Source: Zootoca vivipara
Lineage: Eukaryota
DNA: 64,000 nt
Assembly (NCBI RefSeq): GCF_963506605.1
Contig: NC_083280.1
Location: 36,270,001-36,334,000, forward strand
Direction of reading: 5' to 3'
In this document: positions 1 through 14,100 of the stretch, piece after piece
How positions within the stretch are numbered: position 1 is the stretch's first letter
Layout: every line of letters starts with the position of its first letter
The notes under the pieces: model-generated
Seen by the model: the letters and a program-made list of their open reading frames with translations, nothing else
What the model was told of the DNA's origin: nothing
Databases searched by the model: none
Made by a program: the position numbers and the translations under genes

Positions 1-1978
1 GCATTGCTCCTTCACACTCCTGGTCCAATCCAAAGATGATTTTAAATAAAGTCCATTCAACCTAGGTCAAGGGGGGAGGGCATAATAAAACCTTGTTAAA
101 TTCCTTGTTGAGCATAAATCAAGACTCCCACCCTCTCATTTCCATGGTAACAGACAGAATAACATAGCTGTGGCTGCAGACATCTCTTTCATTTTACAGG
201 GGAGGACAAGAAGAAAAAAGACCATTTGAAAACTGTATGAAAGCACAAAGCACCTTGTCCTCCCCCTTCCTTTCCCGGCTGTTGTGAGGATTCTCAAGCT
301 TCAGGGGGAAAATTCAGATACCTTCAAAGAGCCAAGCTCAGTCCTTTTGACAGCTGGTTGATTGCAGCACATTGTCATATGTTGGTCCAGGAGCCCCTCC
401 TTATTAACGCCAATACTCCAGACTAAGGAGGAACCAACCACACATCATGCTGCCGGAGATGGAGGCTTGTCCATGACCAGTTTCATTCTCATGCTTTATC
501 CTGGACTTGCACTTCTCTACAAAAATTGCCACAGCATCCACAGAGGGCATGTATGCACTGCAGACCTTCCTTTGGGTCTTTCTAGACCATTAAAGGCACA
601 TGTATAGTCCTCTAAATGTTGCTGGGCTCCAACTCCCATCATTCCTGACCAGTAACTGTATTGGCTGGGGTTAATTGGAGTTGGGGTCTAGTAAGGGAAA
701 GAGCCTTGCTCAGGGAAAATCCTTTTTTTGAAAAAAGGACAGGGCATCGATTCCAACAGTGGAAGAGTCACTACAGTGAGAAATGCTTAAATAAACAATA
801 GGTGGGGATTTCAAATTGCCATGGGTGGGTGGGAGTGGAATTAGTGCATGATGTTCTGTATGTTTGCTGGGCTGATATTACCTGGATGTATTTGTGATAG
901 TGATATAGTCTAGAGAAGATGAGTACTGCCTTCCACTCCCCTGAAGTAGTTTGGCCATCCTTATCTTTCAATTTTTTTCTCCATTTGTTAATTTAAGCAC
1001 TCCTATATTAGCAGTACACCTTGCATCACACGTAATAATTACTATTGAGCAACTGAACTGCTGCCTAAAGAGAGTGGGTGTGTCCTAGTTCTCCTCCCAC
1101 TCCAAATTTGTCAGCTTTAAAAAATAAATCTTGCAAGTTGGGTAAGAATTGTCCATCCAACAGCCACAATCATGCCTCCCTTATATCAGCATAACTTGCA
1201 GTTTTCATGTTCTTTCCCAGTGTGACTCTTGCAATCTTGTTAGCAAATGTACAGGTTTACATGACTGTGGAAAATACGGTCAGGCAACTTTAACTCTTTG
1301 AACCACGATGACTGAGGAAGTGAGTCGCCCCAGTCTCCACTTCTGCACTCTATTGCTTTGTAAAATATAACATTCTCACACACACATGGCACATTGAAGA
1401 GGAAACATTTGCTCCTCTTTAATATAGGTACAATTTTGACCCTTATTACACAATATCTGCAGATTTCCAGATGTTTTACAATTAGTCACAATCTCAGGTT
1501 CCCCATCTGTTAAATGAGGCAAATGTTTTATAGCATGTCTTTTAAACATTTAGGGTTGTTTTCAACTAGTGCTTCTTCAGAGTAGACACAATGAAATTAA
1601 TGAACCTAAGTTGATGATGATCATTAATTGAAATGGGTCTACTCTGTGGAAACAATAGTTGATGACAACCCTTCGTTCCTTAACAAATGGTACATATGTC
1701 CACAGGTTAATGGCCAAGCATGTTTTGCATGCATAAGGTTCCAAGCAGGATTAGAAATGACCCTTGTCTATAAATCATTGATAGTCATTGCCCAACAATA
1801 TAGGCAATACCAAGCTAGGACTAATGATTTGACTCAGTCTAAGGGAGCTGAGAACAGGCAGGGGAGGCTCTGCCAGCTTCTAACAGCAGCACTGAGCGGT
1901 GTCTCCTTCCTCTCAACCCCACTATACATGTCTATAATTTTTGCACACACCTTTTAACCTAGGTAACTGTCTTGCCAA

Positions 1979-2327
1979 GGATGCGGGTGGTGCTGTGGGT
2001 TAAACCACAGAGCCTAGGACTTGCCAATCAGGAGGTCGGCAGTTCGAATCCCCGTGATGGGGTGAGCTCCCGTTGCTCGGTCCCTGCTCCTGCCAACCTA
2101 GCAGTTCGAAAGCACGAAGTGCAAGTAGATAAATAGGTACTGCTCTGGTGGGAAGGTAAACGGCGTTTCCATACGCTGCTCTAGTTCGCCAGAAGCGGCT
2201 TAGTCATGCTGGCCACATGACCTGGAAGCTGTACGCCGGCTCCCTCGGCCAATAAAGCGAGATGAACGCCGCAACCCCAGAGTTGTCCGCGAGTGGACCT
2301 AATGGTCAGGGGTCCCTTTACCTTTAC
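1979..2327 (+). mobile_element. Sauria SINE, full length
   Basis: tRNA-like head with a GTTCGAATCC B box and an (ACCTTT)n tail. TSD ctgtctt(g/c)ccaa at 1967-1978 and 2328-2339. Confidence 0.9.
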
Positions 2328-5300
2328 CTGTCTTCCCAAAGGCAAGGTGGTTCTTTTAAAATGAGATACAGAAGCAATACAAAACACACAAATGGGTGAG
2401 ATTAAATATTTTATTCTAAAACAGCAAGCAATGTATACATACCAAGCAAGCACTTCAATCTGCCACTTGGAAGCCCTCAAGAAGCGGTGAAAGGACTCCC
2501 CCAGATAGCTTCAGTTTGCATGGATCTGTAGCCCATCAGTCCGTGCACAAGCTTCAAAGAAACTCTGCCCAAACTGATTTTATAGCCACCCCCTCCCAAT
2601 GCCTCACTTTCTCAAAACAATGTCCAACATCAAAGAAGGTACCCAGCATTATCATCCACAACTGATGAGGCAGCTGGGGGGGGGGGCTGCACCTCCTCCC
2701 AATGTTCTCAAGACATCTAAGACTGTTCTCACATCATCAAAAAACTTAACAAGAGCAAGGGACTGGGGAAAAGGAACAGAGGCAGGAAGGGCTCCATGTC
2801 AGATCACTAACTCCTCAATATGTTTTGTCTGCCGGATGAATTTCCCATACAGTAACTAAATGTGAACATTGGACATCTGTTGTCAGAATGGTTGCTTCTA
2901 TAAATCCTCCACTTTCTAATGCACAGTGCATTAATCTTTGATATAAAAGAAGTCATACCTAAAAGAAATGGGGGTAGAGGCAATAATCATATTGAAATAA
3001 TTATTTGATATAGCATACGCCCACCTTTAGGAGCCAATTAAAAAAACACAAAAAACAGGACATCTTTTGAAAAACAATGCTCATGTGGACTCACCACCAC
3101 TATTTTTAAATTTTAGTTCACAGCCAAGAGTTTAACTATAGGCGTGGCTGCCACTTAAACTGTAACCCCTGGTAATGTTCACTATTTTCCCCATCCCTGC
3201 TCAGAATCACTGCCGGCCACTTGCAAGTCGTGGGGAAACAGTTATGTCACATGATCACATCACATATTTATTTACTAGAAAGTCGGCAGGCAGACACACA
3301 CAGTTAGGTCCTTGTCTCTGAAATTTTGCCTTCACAGAAAACACAATTTTTTTCTTTTGTATCCCAGGAGAACTTATTCCCTTCTAAAAATCAACAGGCT
3401 AAGAATTAGTGAAAAGGTCTGCTTTATTTCCAGGATCAAAATATTACAGTAGGAAGGGCATTTACACATATTTATAAAAATGCAGCAATTGTATATATAT
3501 ACACATATATTTATATATATGTATATCAGAGGTTGCCTTGAGTTTGGTCCTTCCCATCACAGCAAGCTGAAATCTTCTCTTCTTCCCACCCATCTTAGAA
3601 TTCTCATAATTACAAGAATTCTCATAATTACAAAGGAAACGGCTTCTACTGAAAATGTAGCAGATCAGTTTTACATAGCTTAAGCTATAAAGTTTTAAGA
3701 TTGCAACCCAACATTAAAAAGTCAACCAAATGTCTTGAAGGGTACCATAACTTTGATTATAACAGTATCCAAACCATATGCTCCCATCTTAAATAGTTTG
3801 TAATTTAACACCTCAAACCCCCCACCCTATAACCTGTCATACTATTTTTAATTTCAGAATTCTTTTTGTAATTTGCCTTTCAGTATATTTCCTATAGCGT
3901 TATTACAGTTAATCTATATTACAGTACATCTATATACATTTTGGAACATTTCCAGGTGCTATGCTTGCCATTAAAAACTAGCTTCATAATCCTTCCTTAC
4001 CTGTGTTGCATCAAAGACATCTCTCTAAGATTCAGGTTTCAGGAATGATTTGATTGTGTTGCAGTGGGTGGGGGTGGGGGGGAAGAGAAAAGGGTATCAA
4101 AAGCCTCCTACATAGACCTTTGCTTCTTCATCATAAGCTTCCATAGCAAAGCAAATCCACCAAAGGAACTGAATACGAACCTAGGGCCCTGAAATGAACT
4201 AAAGCACAGTCTTGCTAACATTGCAACATTGGAAAAGCTATTCAGGTTAACACAGTGAGGATTACCTTGTGAATAAATCTGCAGGCACCTGGAGGTAATC
4301 AAAAACTAGGTTCAAATGTACAGCACATGTTAAACAATTTGAGTCCAAATATCTTCTTGAAAAGTACATGCTGAAATACAAGGCCTGTAAGAGCACACTA
4401 TTAAGAACAGTATGGTTTAAAGTTTCAAATTGGTACGCCTTTTTATTTATAGGCTGCTTTTCTGCTCTCAAGGCACTTTTTACAGGAACACTGGTGTCAA
4501 GACCTTCTCACCCCAATACATTGCATATCTTAGAACAATTCTGTATCACATGCCTATTAAGCTTCTGAACTGCTTTAAGGATACAGTAAAACATAGGAAA
4601 GATTAAAAACCAATTCATCTGAAATACCTAGTACTTAGAAAAGGCATTTTAAACCATCAATAAGTTGCCTAAATGGTGCCTCAGAAACTCAATCTCTCCA
4701 CCCCCGTGCCCCATTCTCAGTCTCTCTTTAGAACTTGATATGTGGAAAAAGCAGTGAGTTTGCACAAATTGTCTGATCCCTAGATCTTGCAATCCATTCA
4801 GTAGGATTGATCATTCAGAAACCATGCAAGTCACTTGTTTACTTTGAAAGATGCTGCATAAGAAGTAAACTGCCAAAAGATGCCTATCTTAATGACTAAC
4901 AATGACTAAAACCAAAGGACACTTACCTAACCCATTTCAAAGCATTTTGTAAAAGCCATCTAAAAACAGTGGATTGTAATCAATGGCTTAGCAGATAGTG
5001 CTTCTTCTAGCTCGTCTGGCTACCCAGTTTTCATCAATCCTTTTACATACTGCAGGCCCCATTCTGTTCTAGAGGCTTCCCCAACCCCATAAGCAGCATC
5101 TGGGGAGACTTAGAAGGGTAGGGGCCATCAGTGAAAACCAGGTACCCCATCTTCCACAAGCACTTTTGCTAAAGCAAAGCCACCACTGGATACAAGCCAG
5201 CTTTAAATTAAATATTCTGAGGAAAGGGCCAACCTACGTGCACTGCTGGTGAAAAGAGACAGTGGGAAATGCACATAGGCTCCTTATTCTTGGTGTATTT

Positions 5301-7580
5301 AGAATGAATGCAACAATTATGGTCATTAAGAAGTGAAAGGCTCGCACTAACCAATGCCTAAAAAGTTTAGTTGGGGAATAAATAAGTTGGTGTGGACTAT
5401 GGGACGGGAGGGGGGTGAGGAGAAAGTAATGCTATTACAACTTGGGAGAATTGTATCCAACCAAGTCATACTCAGAGTAGACTCATTGAAATTAATGAAC
5501 CTAAGTTAGTCACATCTATTAATGTCAATGGGTCTACTCTAACATTAGATACAACTCATTGGACCTATTACGAGTATGACACCCAGAGACTCTTAAAAAC
5601 ACACTGACAGTTAAAAATCATGCTTCAAAATACGTATCTGGCACTTGCTATTCCTCAGAGCTAAAGTAATTGTTCATTCTGCAGGCAGCCCTTTGTAAGC
5701 AACCAATGGATTCAGTTCTCTTTCCATAATTGCACTTTGCAATCTAACCAAAGCAGTAGAGTGCAATCAGCATCTTCTCCTCAGAGCAAGAAGCACCTTA
5801 CAAATATATGGGGTGAGTGTGTGAGTCTCAGCTTCACAAACTAGTAACTAACCAGGCAATTATTTGACTTTACACTTTTAGTTTTTAACAGGTAATGTTG
5901 CCTTTCATCATTCGCTAATATCATTAACTATGCAAATCAAATGTATGCTGGCACTGGTGTTTTTTTTAAAAGAAGTTTCAGGGCTTTGTCAAAAGCTAGA
6001 TTTCTTAACCAGCACTCAAGTATGATTCCGTTAACGTACTTTATTTGTCAACTTACACACTGCCAACAGTGTGGTTCTTAACCTACAGTCAATTATGGCT
6101 TTTGTTGTCAAATATCCACCAACACCTTAGAGAAGCAAGGGGTTAATATTTTCCACTGTACAATGTAGTATAACCATTTTTAATCTGCAAGAATGATCTT
6201 TGTGGGACCACATACATGTGGCTCTATCAAGTGTGTGGCAACAATATAACAATCTTTTGAACTGGGGTTCAATTACAGCAAGTTTTACCAAGCCGAGGAA
6301 GCCATACCATACCTACCGTAATTAAATGGACAATTACAACAAACAGTGGTAAGTAGCTGTCTGAACAACTTGAGTTTCAAGAACACCAATATTACTGCTT
6401 GAAACTATCTTATTTTATGTTGTTAGCATCTTAATTTAACTAAGCGTTTTTAAATTAACAGAAGAGCACAAGAGAAAGGCTTTCATTAGAGCCGAATACC
6501 TGTACAAATACACTGAAGCCCAGTGTTGACAGAATTCCAGAAAGGTACAGTTAATGAAAACAGCTTTTGAGTTATGACAGAAGAGGTTTTAATAAGTTTT
6601 ACATTCATGGTCAGTACCTTGCCATATTCCACTGATGGTAAAATCCTGACGGAAGATGAGAATCAATCCCTCATTCCCCCCCATTTTAATTGTGACAAGG
6701 AAAGAAGAAGTCCTGAAGCTACAGACCAAGCACAGAGGGTTAGGAGCACAATGGTTAGATTATACTAGACCTAATGACTACATCACCTTCTTTTAAAGCA
6801 ACTCATCCCATCTGCAACAAAAGGAACACATACAAATAACCTCAAACCTATGTTCTAAGGTGGTTCATTTTGCAACTTTCTGGGAACTGTGCTTGTGCTG
6901 ATTCCCAAAGGGCTACAATGGGCAATGGATCTTCAGCTGTTTCCATTTTTTTCTCCACATGTGGACAAGACTTTTGACACAAGCATCTGGGCATGTGCTA
7001 ACTGTGTTGAAAGCCTGTGTACATGCCAACCTGTGGCGAGTCAGTTGTGTGCACTTGCCACCACATGCAGTATTTGGCTTTCAGCATATGTTGGTACCCC
7101 AGAAAAAACAAGCCTGTTTGTCGTTGCATGCTGAAAACCAAATCCTGCACATGGCAGGGGGAACAAAAAGCTTTTTCAATGCAGCTAGCACATGCTGAAA
7201 TGGCCTCCTAAAGAAACCCACAATATTTGGTCATATGACCGGTTGAAAAATAAAATATATTAGAAATAGTTTTTTTTCTGAGGGGAATGAGAAACTTTCC
7301 TTATTCTGGCTGTTCAATGCCCCCAGCATGCTTGATATATACAGACAGTGCTTCTGATTTTGATATAGCAAACATGCCTTCCTCCAGCATCAAAGCCAAG
7401 CAAACCTATCCTGTTGTTTCCACATGGTTCATTTGCTAAGAGTAGCATGAAAGGAGGGAGAGAAAAGAGAAGCCAGCAAACTGCTGCCTGATTTCAGCTC
7501 TGTAATCCCAGAGAGCCAACTGCACACTGGTGAGTTAATTTTGTAGGCAAAGCTAACATGGGTGGGCAAGGCTGGGAGTA

Positions 7581-7742
7581 CTAATTCCTTTCCTGCACGA
7601 AGACAGTCTCTTGAGGACAAAGACCAGCCTCCTGTAATGTGATGTCATAGTCCAGATGGGAAAGTTTCCTTCGAGGAAAGTTGGTGAGGAGTTCAAAACG
7701 TTCATTGGGGTATCCTTTCAACTGTACATGTTTGATGAGAGC
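7581..7742 (-). CDS. UBXN7: UBXN7 coding exon 11 (UBX, FPR motif, stop)
   Basis: tccag acceptor; ALIKHVQLKGYPNERFELLTNFPRRKLSHLDYDITLQEAGLCPQETVFVQERN-TAG. Confidence 0.95.
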   Translation of the reverse strand, partial: ALIKHVQLKGYPNERFELLTNFPRRKLSHLDYDITLQEAGLCPQETVFVQERN

Positions 7743-8454
7743 CTGGAGAGAAAGCAGAGACCAGTGTCTTAATGATGCAGCACCAAAATACAACAGGGTG
7801 GTATCCAATACAGTTCTTTTAGCACAAGGACTTCTGGCAATGCAGCAGAACTTACCCTCCCTCCTAAATCTGTTCTGGGGTTTCCCAACCCTAGAACTCA
7901 CCCCCAACCTCCAGAGCAGATTTGGGGTGGGTGCAGGGAGATGAGAGGGAAAGGAAGTTCCACTGCGCAAATGGAAATATTGCACTACTTTGCTGGATAC
8001 CATAGTTTTCAATGCAATATATGACAACTTATTATGGAAAGCTACTTCAGCAAAAGGGCAGCAATCATTGCTGTAGGTCTTTAACCTACAATCTGATGGC
8101 ATTGCTGTTAACACAGCATATACTGTGTTGTGAATGCCTAAGTTAGCAAAAGGTAGTATGAAGGACCATTAACCTTCCTCAATAAACAGCCCAACTTGTC
8201 TGGAGCAGGACATTTGGACAGTAGAAAAATCTAGACAAGAATTTGGGATCCAGTCTTGGATAGAGACCTGACAGAGGACTAGGCTGTTAAGAGGTGGTTA
8301 GAAGTCAAACACGAAAGGGGAAAGCATATGTTGTACTGTAAGAAGTGTAAGTGGGGGAAAACGAGGTAAACAGAAGCATGTCTGACATGCACACAGAGAA
8401 TGGAAAGGAATTAAGACCAAAAAAGCAGTGATTCTACAAATCACTTCTACTTAC

Positions 8455-8534
8455 CAGAAGCTTAGCTTGTTCGGGCAGTGAAATTTGTTCCCTCTTCCCA
8501 TCTGGATACCTTAGCATTAGCTGTGCCTTTGGTC
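8455..8534 (-). CDS. UBXN7: UBXN7 coding exon 10 (UBX)
   Basis: attag/gtaagt; PKAQLMLRYPDGKREQISLPEQAKLL; 80 nt. Confidence 0.95.
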
Positions 8535-8658
8535 CTAATAGAAGAAAATCACAAATAAAACAGAATACATGAACAAGCTTTAGCAATCTGTGTGCTGATA
8601 ATTTAGTACATATCAATGTGAAAATGTACACGTTTCAAAAAGTTTTGAGTTCATGTGA

Positions 8659-8852
8659 GGGCTCATAGCTTAGTGGTAAGCTACAAACTTTGCATTGAGA
8701 AGGTTCCAGGCTCAATCCCCAGTGAAGATACACTTAGCAGGGTTGGGAAAGGCCTTTGGCTGAAACTCAAGAGCCACTGCCAGCCAGAGTGGACAGTACT
8801 GGGCAATATGGACCAATGGTCTCACTCACTATAAAGCAGCTTCATATTTTCA
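8659..8852 (+). mobile_element. tRNA-derived SINE (Squam3-like), old
   Basis: tagcttagtggta A box and degenerate B box; ggaccaatggtctcactcactataaagcagcttc tail; related to 15031-15220. Confidence 0.6.
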
Positions 8853-8961
8853 TAACTATTCCTTCACCACCAGAATAAAAGCCCCATAATGGATTTAGCA
8901 GACTGAATATTAAACATCAGGTTTTGTTTAATGGCAGGAAACATTTAATCACCGCACTTAC

Positions 8962-9352
8962 CGTTCACATTAAGTTCCTTCACTGCTGCTTCTGGCTTAG
9001 CCCCAATCTCCTCTAGTACCCCAGAATCCATGCAAGATAGTCCTCGGTGGTTTGTTACCACCTCTGGTTCAGTCCTTGCTGTGGGCTCAGGTTGAGGCCT
9101 TTTGCCTTCCTCTTTCCTACAGCCCAAATCCTTATGTGGAGATTTCCTAGACTTGGCAGGATTCTCTGGCTCATCATCATCAGAACCACAAACAGAAATA
9201 AATTCCTCACTTCCAGAGAAAAGCTCCGATTCAGACTCTTCATCTGATCTGCTTTCTTGCTTGACTTGGTCAGAGTCAAAATGTGTCTCCTGTAAAGATG
9301 CTCTGATGGCAGCTTCCAACTGGCTATCTTCACTTGCATCAATGAGACTCTC
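8962..9352 (-). CDS. UBXN7: UBXN7 coding exon 9 (UIM and acidic linker)
   Basis: accag/gtaagt; ESLIDASEDSQLEAAIRASLQETH...; 391 nt. Confidence 0.95.
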
Positions 9353-10074
9353 CTGGTTAATATGACCATAAAGCAAAAAGGGAGACATTATATTACACTG
9401 AGAAGTAGGGCAGGGACAACAACAAAGTATTCCTCCTTTCTATGAATACTTTTGCTTACAAAGCAAAGTATTACCTTTTTTTGGATGTTAATGTGAAGCA
9501 TGTCATCATCATCATCATCATCAATTATTATGACCTGTCCTTCTTCAACAAATCCCATTAGGATATTAAACATTTCCCAAGAAGAAATTGGGACTCCCCT
9601 CCCCATTACACCACCACCGCTTGCCCACTCACCCCCCATCACCCGCTGTGGACACTTGCCTGGTTGCACCCCTTACCTGCTGCTGCCACTTGCCCACCTA
9701 ACCACCCTCCCACACCATCCCACCACTGTTCACTTGCATGCCGTCTTACTGGCTTGTGTGTATGAGTGCCTGCCACTGCATTCTACCACACACTGCCCCT
9801 CATCTTTGTGCCACTGCTGGCTGTGTGCTGCCACACACGCATGAGGAGGACCGCAGTGATGTACTTCCAGAAGTGGCGCTATACTTCAGGAAGCTTTGGT
9901 CCTCCTCATGTGTGTGTCTGTCTTTTGGTTCCGTGCTCTTTTCTGTGCTATTGGGTGAAATCTGGGAACATCCCGGGATGGAATCATAAGCCAGGGCTGC
10001 TTACATAATTCTGGGATGTCCTGGTAAAAATGGGAGAGTTGGAGGGTCTCAACGATTATAATTATTATACTCAC

Positions 10075-10202
10075 AGAACGAGAACGCTTCTGGGGAGGGC
10101 TAGTGGAATGTCCATCCAGTTGTCCATGCTCACCTAGGAACCCAGTCACTTGGTCCAAAAAAGAAGTTACATCTAGCTGGTGCCATTCGACTAGCTTCTG
10201 TC
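10075..10202 (-). CDS. UBXN7: UBXN7 coding exon 8
   Basis: aatag/gtgagt; QKLVEWHQLDVTSFLDQVTGFLGEHGQLDGHSTSPPQKRSRS; 128 nt. Confidence 0.95.
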
Positions 10203-10773
10203 CTATTTTAAATAGTAATAAACCATACCTCAATAATTGGGGTTTCAAAATATCACCAAAGTAGCAGACAGAATGAAACAAAATAGAAACACTGACTTTA
10301 CAGAATTTACATTTGCACTGCAATATGCTGCAGATTTTAACCCGTATGTGTTATTTTAAGAGGACTCCCAACATACTTGCAAAATGATTCTGCAAAGGGA
10401 ACAGCAGGATCAATTCCAGTGGCTGGAAAGTAATGAATGCTAATCTTTCTCTTAACCCCAGATATCAAATATCCAACTGTACCTAATGGACTTAAAGTAA
10501 CATGGGCAAAACAACAGTGAACAATGACCCAGCTAGATCATACTCTGGTCCTGCATTCTAAAAGCAGTCAGATGCCTCTGGAAAGATCATAAGAAAGATG
10601 AGAAAGCAAAATCCCTCCCTTATTTGAGCTAAATGGATATGTACCTTGATACATAGTAATCTTGATTACAAAGTAATCAGCTCCCAGTTTACAATCATTT
10701 CTAAAGGAAAGTGTTTAGGTATTATTTATAAAATGCCCATAGCTGCAATAGAATCAAGTGTTTCACCTCTTAC

Positions 10774-10864
10774 CTGTCCTAGGGTCCAGGATAGACACAT
10801 AAGGGAAGTCTGCTAGTTTGTAGAACTGTATGTATCGTTGTCCTTCCTCACTGTCGTGGTACAC
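10774..10864 (-). CDS. UBXN7: UBXN7 coding exon 7 (UAS domain)
   Basis: catag/gtaaga; VYHDSEEGQRYIQFYKLADFPYVSILDPRT; 91 nt. Confidence 0.95.
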
Positions 10865-11031
10865 CTATGGAACAGCCAAATTTTCCTTTTAAATGCTTGA
10901 AGAAGCAACTTCAGCATTTCACAATATAGCCCAAATTGGAGCCACAACATAGCTAAAATAAAAATTAAATGTAACCCAGATATTGGCTCTGTTACTAAGC
11001 TTTTCGTCACTGAGGAAAGCAGCCTTCCCAC

Positions 11032-11178
11032 CTGCCAGAAAATGAAGTGCTCTCTGATAAGGTTTTTCACAGCCTCGTTGCTCCAAACGTCACGGTTGAG
11101 ACACTGACAGGCAAAATCTTGCACATTCTGTATGTTTATCATGAGCCACTTGTTCTGCATCTGACCACACTCCTTGGC
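11032..11178 (-). CDS. UBXN7: UBXN7 coding exon 6 (UAS domain)
   Basis: ttcag/gtggga; AKECGQMQNKWLMINIQNVQDFACQCLNRDVWSNEAVKNLIREHFIFWQ; 147 nt. Confidence 0.95.
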
Positions 11179-14100
11179 CTGAAGACAAAAAACAACAGTA
11201 AGAACATTAGTCAAAAATGAAGGTCTAGCAAGAAACAATGCCAGCAATGACGGCTTCTACTTATTGTGCTTCACTAAAACCTCTTCGCACTGGAAGTACA
11301 ATCAGGACTCAAAAAGGTAATCTGCAAACCAGCCTGACAAGTGGTGTGCAGGATTAGAGAATTCTGCAGGTCAACTTGTCTTAGTAAAGATCACACGGTG
11401 ATTATCCCAAACTGTTGAATGTCAACATGTCAAGCATAAGAAAGTTTGGGGAGAAAGCATTTTTTTTTGGGGGGGGGGGAGGTTGAGGTGGGGAAATCCA
11501 AACCCAAGAGTGGAACCTGAATAAAACATTATGTAACGAAGAACAGGAAATGAGTTATAGTGATCTGACCGCAAGTCAATTCAAGAGCCAAAATTGTGGT
11601 GGATTGGCATTGTTGATAACTAGTAGTTCCTTGTTCCACTATTCATTCCCTCTGGTTTTCTGTCTCTATATGCTATATTTTTTATATTATTGGAGCACCA
11701 AGCACCACTTTCTGATGGTAATTCAGACTGAAAGTGGGGGAGGTTTGAAGTTTGAAGTTGCAGGAAGAGATCTTACTGGTTTGAGTCACAAAGCTGGCAT
11801 TGCCTGATTGGTTGGTTGCAAGTTAATGTAGGAGTTTGATCAAGAATGTAATTCTGATCGCTGTATTGCCATACCTGTTGAAAAAAAGAGTGCTATATCA
11901 AAATTTGGAATGCTCATATTTCCTGAATAAATAGGGCGGAAATGGTTGGGCTTCCTTAAAAGAGATTTTACTCATGGGTTTGCACCAACTGAATTCTTCA
12001 CAAGAAGGAAACAATTCCTGTTGATTTTGCCTTCTGGAAAATAAGATTTCACTTTGTAAAAGTGAAGTATCTGATCTTTTGACTACTGAGTGATCAACAG
12101 GATAAATTGTGGATTGCAGTCCCACTGTCAAATCATGCTTCATAGCTATGGTTTGCAATACTTTTGCAAGGGCCAGCAAACAAACAAGTCATTTCTCCCA
12201 ATCAAAGAAAAATGGTGTTACATACGAAAAACGTCTGGAATTTTAAAAATTACCACATTTTAAAACGAACATTTGGTACTAGATGCTCAAAAAATAAGTG
12301 TATATTAAACAATCTTTTAGTTGTATTATGTAAAAAGTATTTAAATAATTTGATACATGAACTATTTGACTGAATCCAAAGTCACATAATCCAAAGTTTG
12401 ACTCATACAGCAGGGGTTGCCCTTCCTCGTCTTCCCTCAATCTGTCTGAAGGGTCCTCAAGTCTCTGGAGCAGATTTCAGAAAGATACAGGGAGGAGAGT
12501 AAAGTCCTTTTGTGTGAGTAGAATTTGTTCCACTTGCACACAAACATCACTGAATACAACCCTTTGTTTTTAAGATTTTGTTGGCAGACAGTAGGCATTT
12601 AAGACTGAAATCTGAAATTTTGAATAGTATTCTTGGAATAGAATTACTGCTTACACCTAAACAGTGAAGCATGGACTCCTCCTGCCAACTGCTATTAAAA
12701 TGTATGTGCAATTTTCAAAACTAGTGTATCTTAGAAATTCACATGGTGCAAATTCAAAAATCTCTTTGAATGTGCAAACTTAGTGTTCACATTGTATATA
12801 ACTAGTGAATTTGCCAAATCATGAATTCAGGGTAATGTATCTTGCTTTAGGTTGCTGATTAAATTCTTAACTATACAGAGAAGTCAAAGGAAAGTTAGAA
12901 CATACCAAGCTGTTGAAGAAAAAGATGCACTCTTATTAATCACTTCTACATCACTTTGCAGTGTATAGGATGCTTTAAAACTTTTCTCAAATACTGCATA
13001 GCCTCACAACTACCTTATCAGAAAGATTAGTCTGAAGTACTGACTTGGCTCAGAGTTACCCTTTTAGCTTACTACCAAGCAAGGATTTGAAGTTCATTTT
13101 CTCATGTGTGAACATGAGAAACAATAAAAGATACTGGTTTCTTTTTGCTTTAGCTGATATACTGCCAACCCTGTCTAGATCTGGAAGAAGATAGAAGGAA
13201 AGCAACTCAAAGTAATTAATGTTAATAGAATATAAACATTCCTAAAGCTGTAATGGACAAAGGGCCTCCAAGCTCAACAAGACACCGCCACTCATGCACC
13301 GGACTACCTCTGCATTCACAGTTGTTTAGACATATGTAACTGCATAACTGTATCAATGGTGATAAAGTGCTGGGAATTTCCATCTGCTTCCTCTCTTCCC
13401 CATTCCAATACATGGAAAAACCAACTCATGCCAGTGGTCTAGCTGTGTGAGCAGTTTATGTAAAAGAGGAAACTCTTGTGAAAATGTGGCTCCTCTTATG
13501 AAGCAAGAAAACTATGAGACCATTGCATCTCATGCCAAGTTTCTTCTTCTAATTTTTATCATAAACAAAATAACAAAATGCATTATTTATTATTACATTC
13601 CTATCCCACTTCTCCTCCAAAGAGTTAAAGTGGCACATATGGCTCCTCCACATATTATCCTCAAAACAACCCTGAAAGCTGAGAGTTGGTGACCAGACAA
13701 AGATCGCCTAGTGAGCTTCATGGCTGAATGGGGATTTGTTAAAAGTACAGTACTGCTTAGAATCAGTAAAACATTTTACTCTTATTCACCTAAAATGATT
13801 TTACTCATTAAAAGGTTTAGATTCTACAAGTGCTTTCAATGCAATACTATGAGGTTCTAGCACATAACGTAGAAAGAACTGATTGGAAAACATAGAATTT
13901 TACTTTGTAAATCTGTATTATGTATATAGTAAATGGGGGGGGTAGACTCTGCCTAAAGGAACTATACAGCAAGTAAGAAACAAAATATTTTAATATAAAA
14001 GGGAATGCCAGATTAAAAAACTGAAGGAAAATTAATCAGATGCAGGTATATGAAGTTTTATGAGGAATTACTCCATTAAAGACACAGAAGTTAGAGGCAA

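Noticed and set aside
1-1900. Possible exons of the next syntenic gene (TM4SF19 in human) and an X-box-like atttccatggtaac near 138
   Set aside because: No recognisable coding similarity, and a single imperfect motif is not enough support.
1979-2060. tRNA gene (A/B boxes), also at 8659, 15031 and 17095
   Set aside because: These are tRNA-derived SINE heads; no complete cloverleaf is present.
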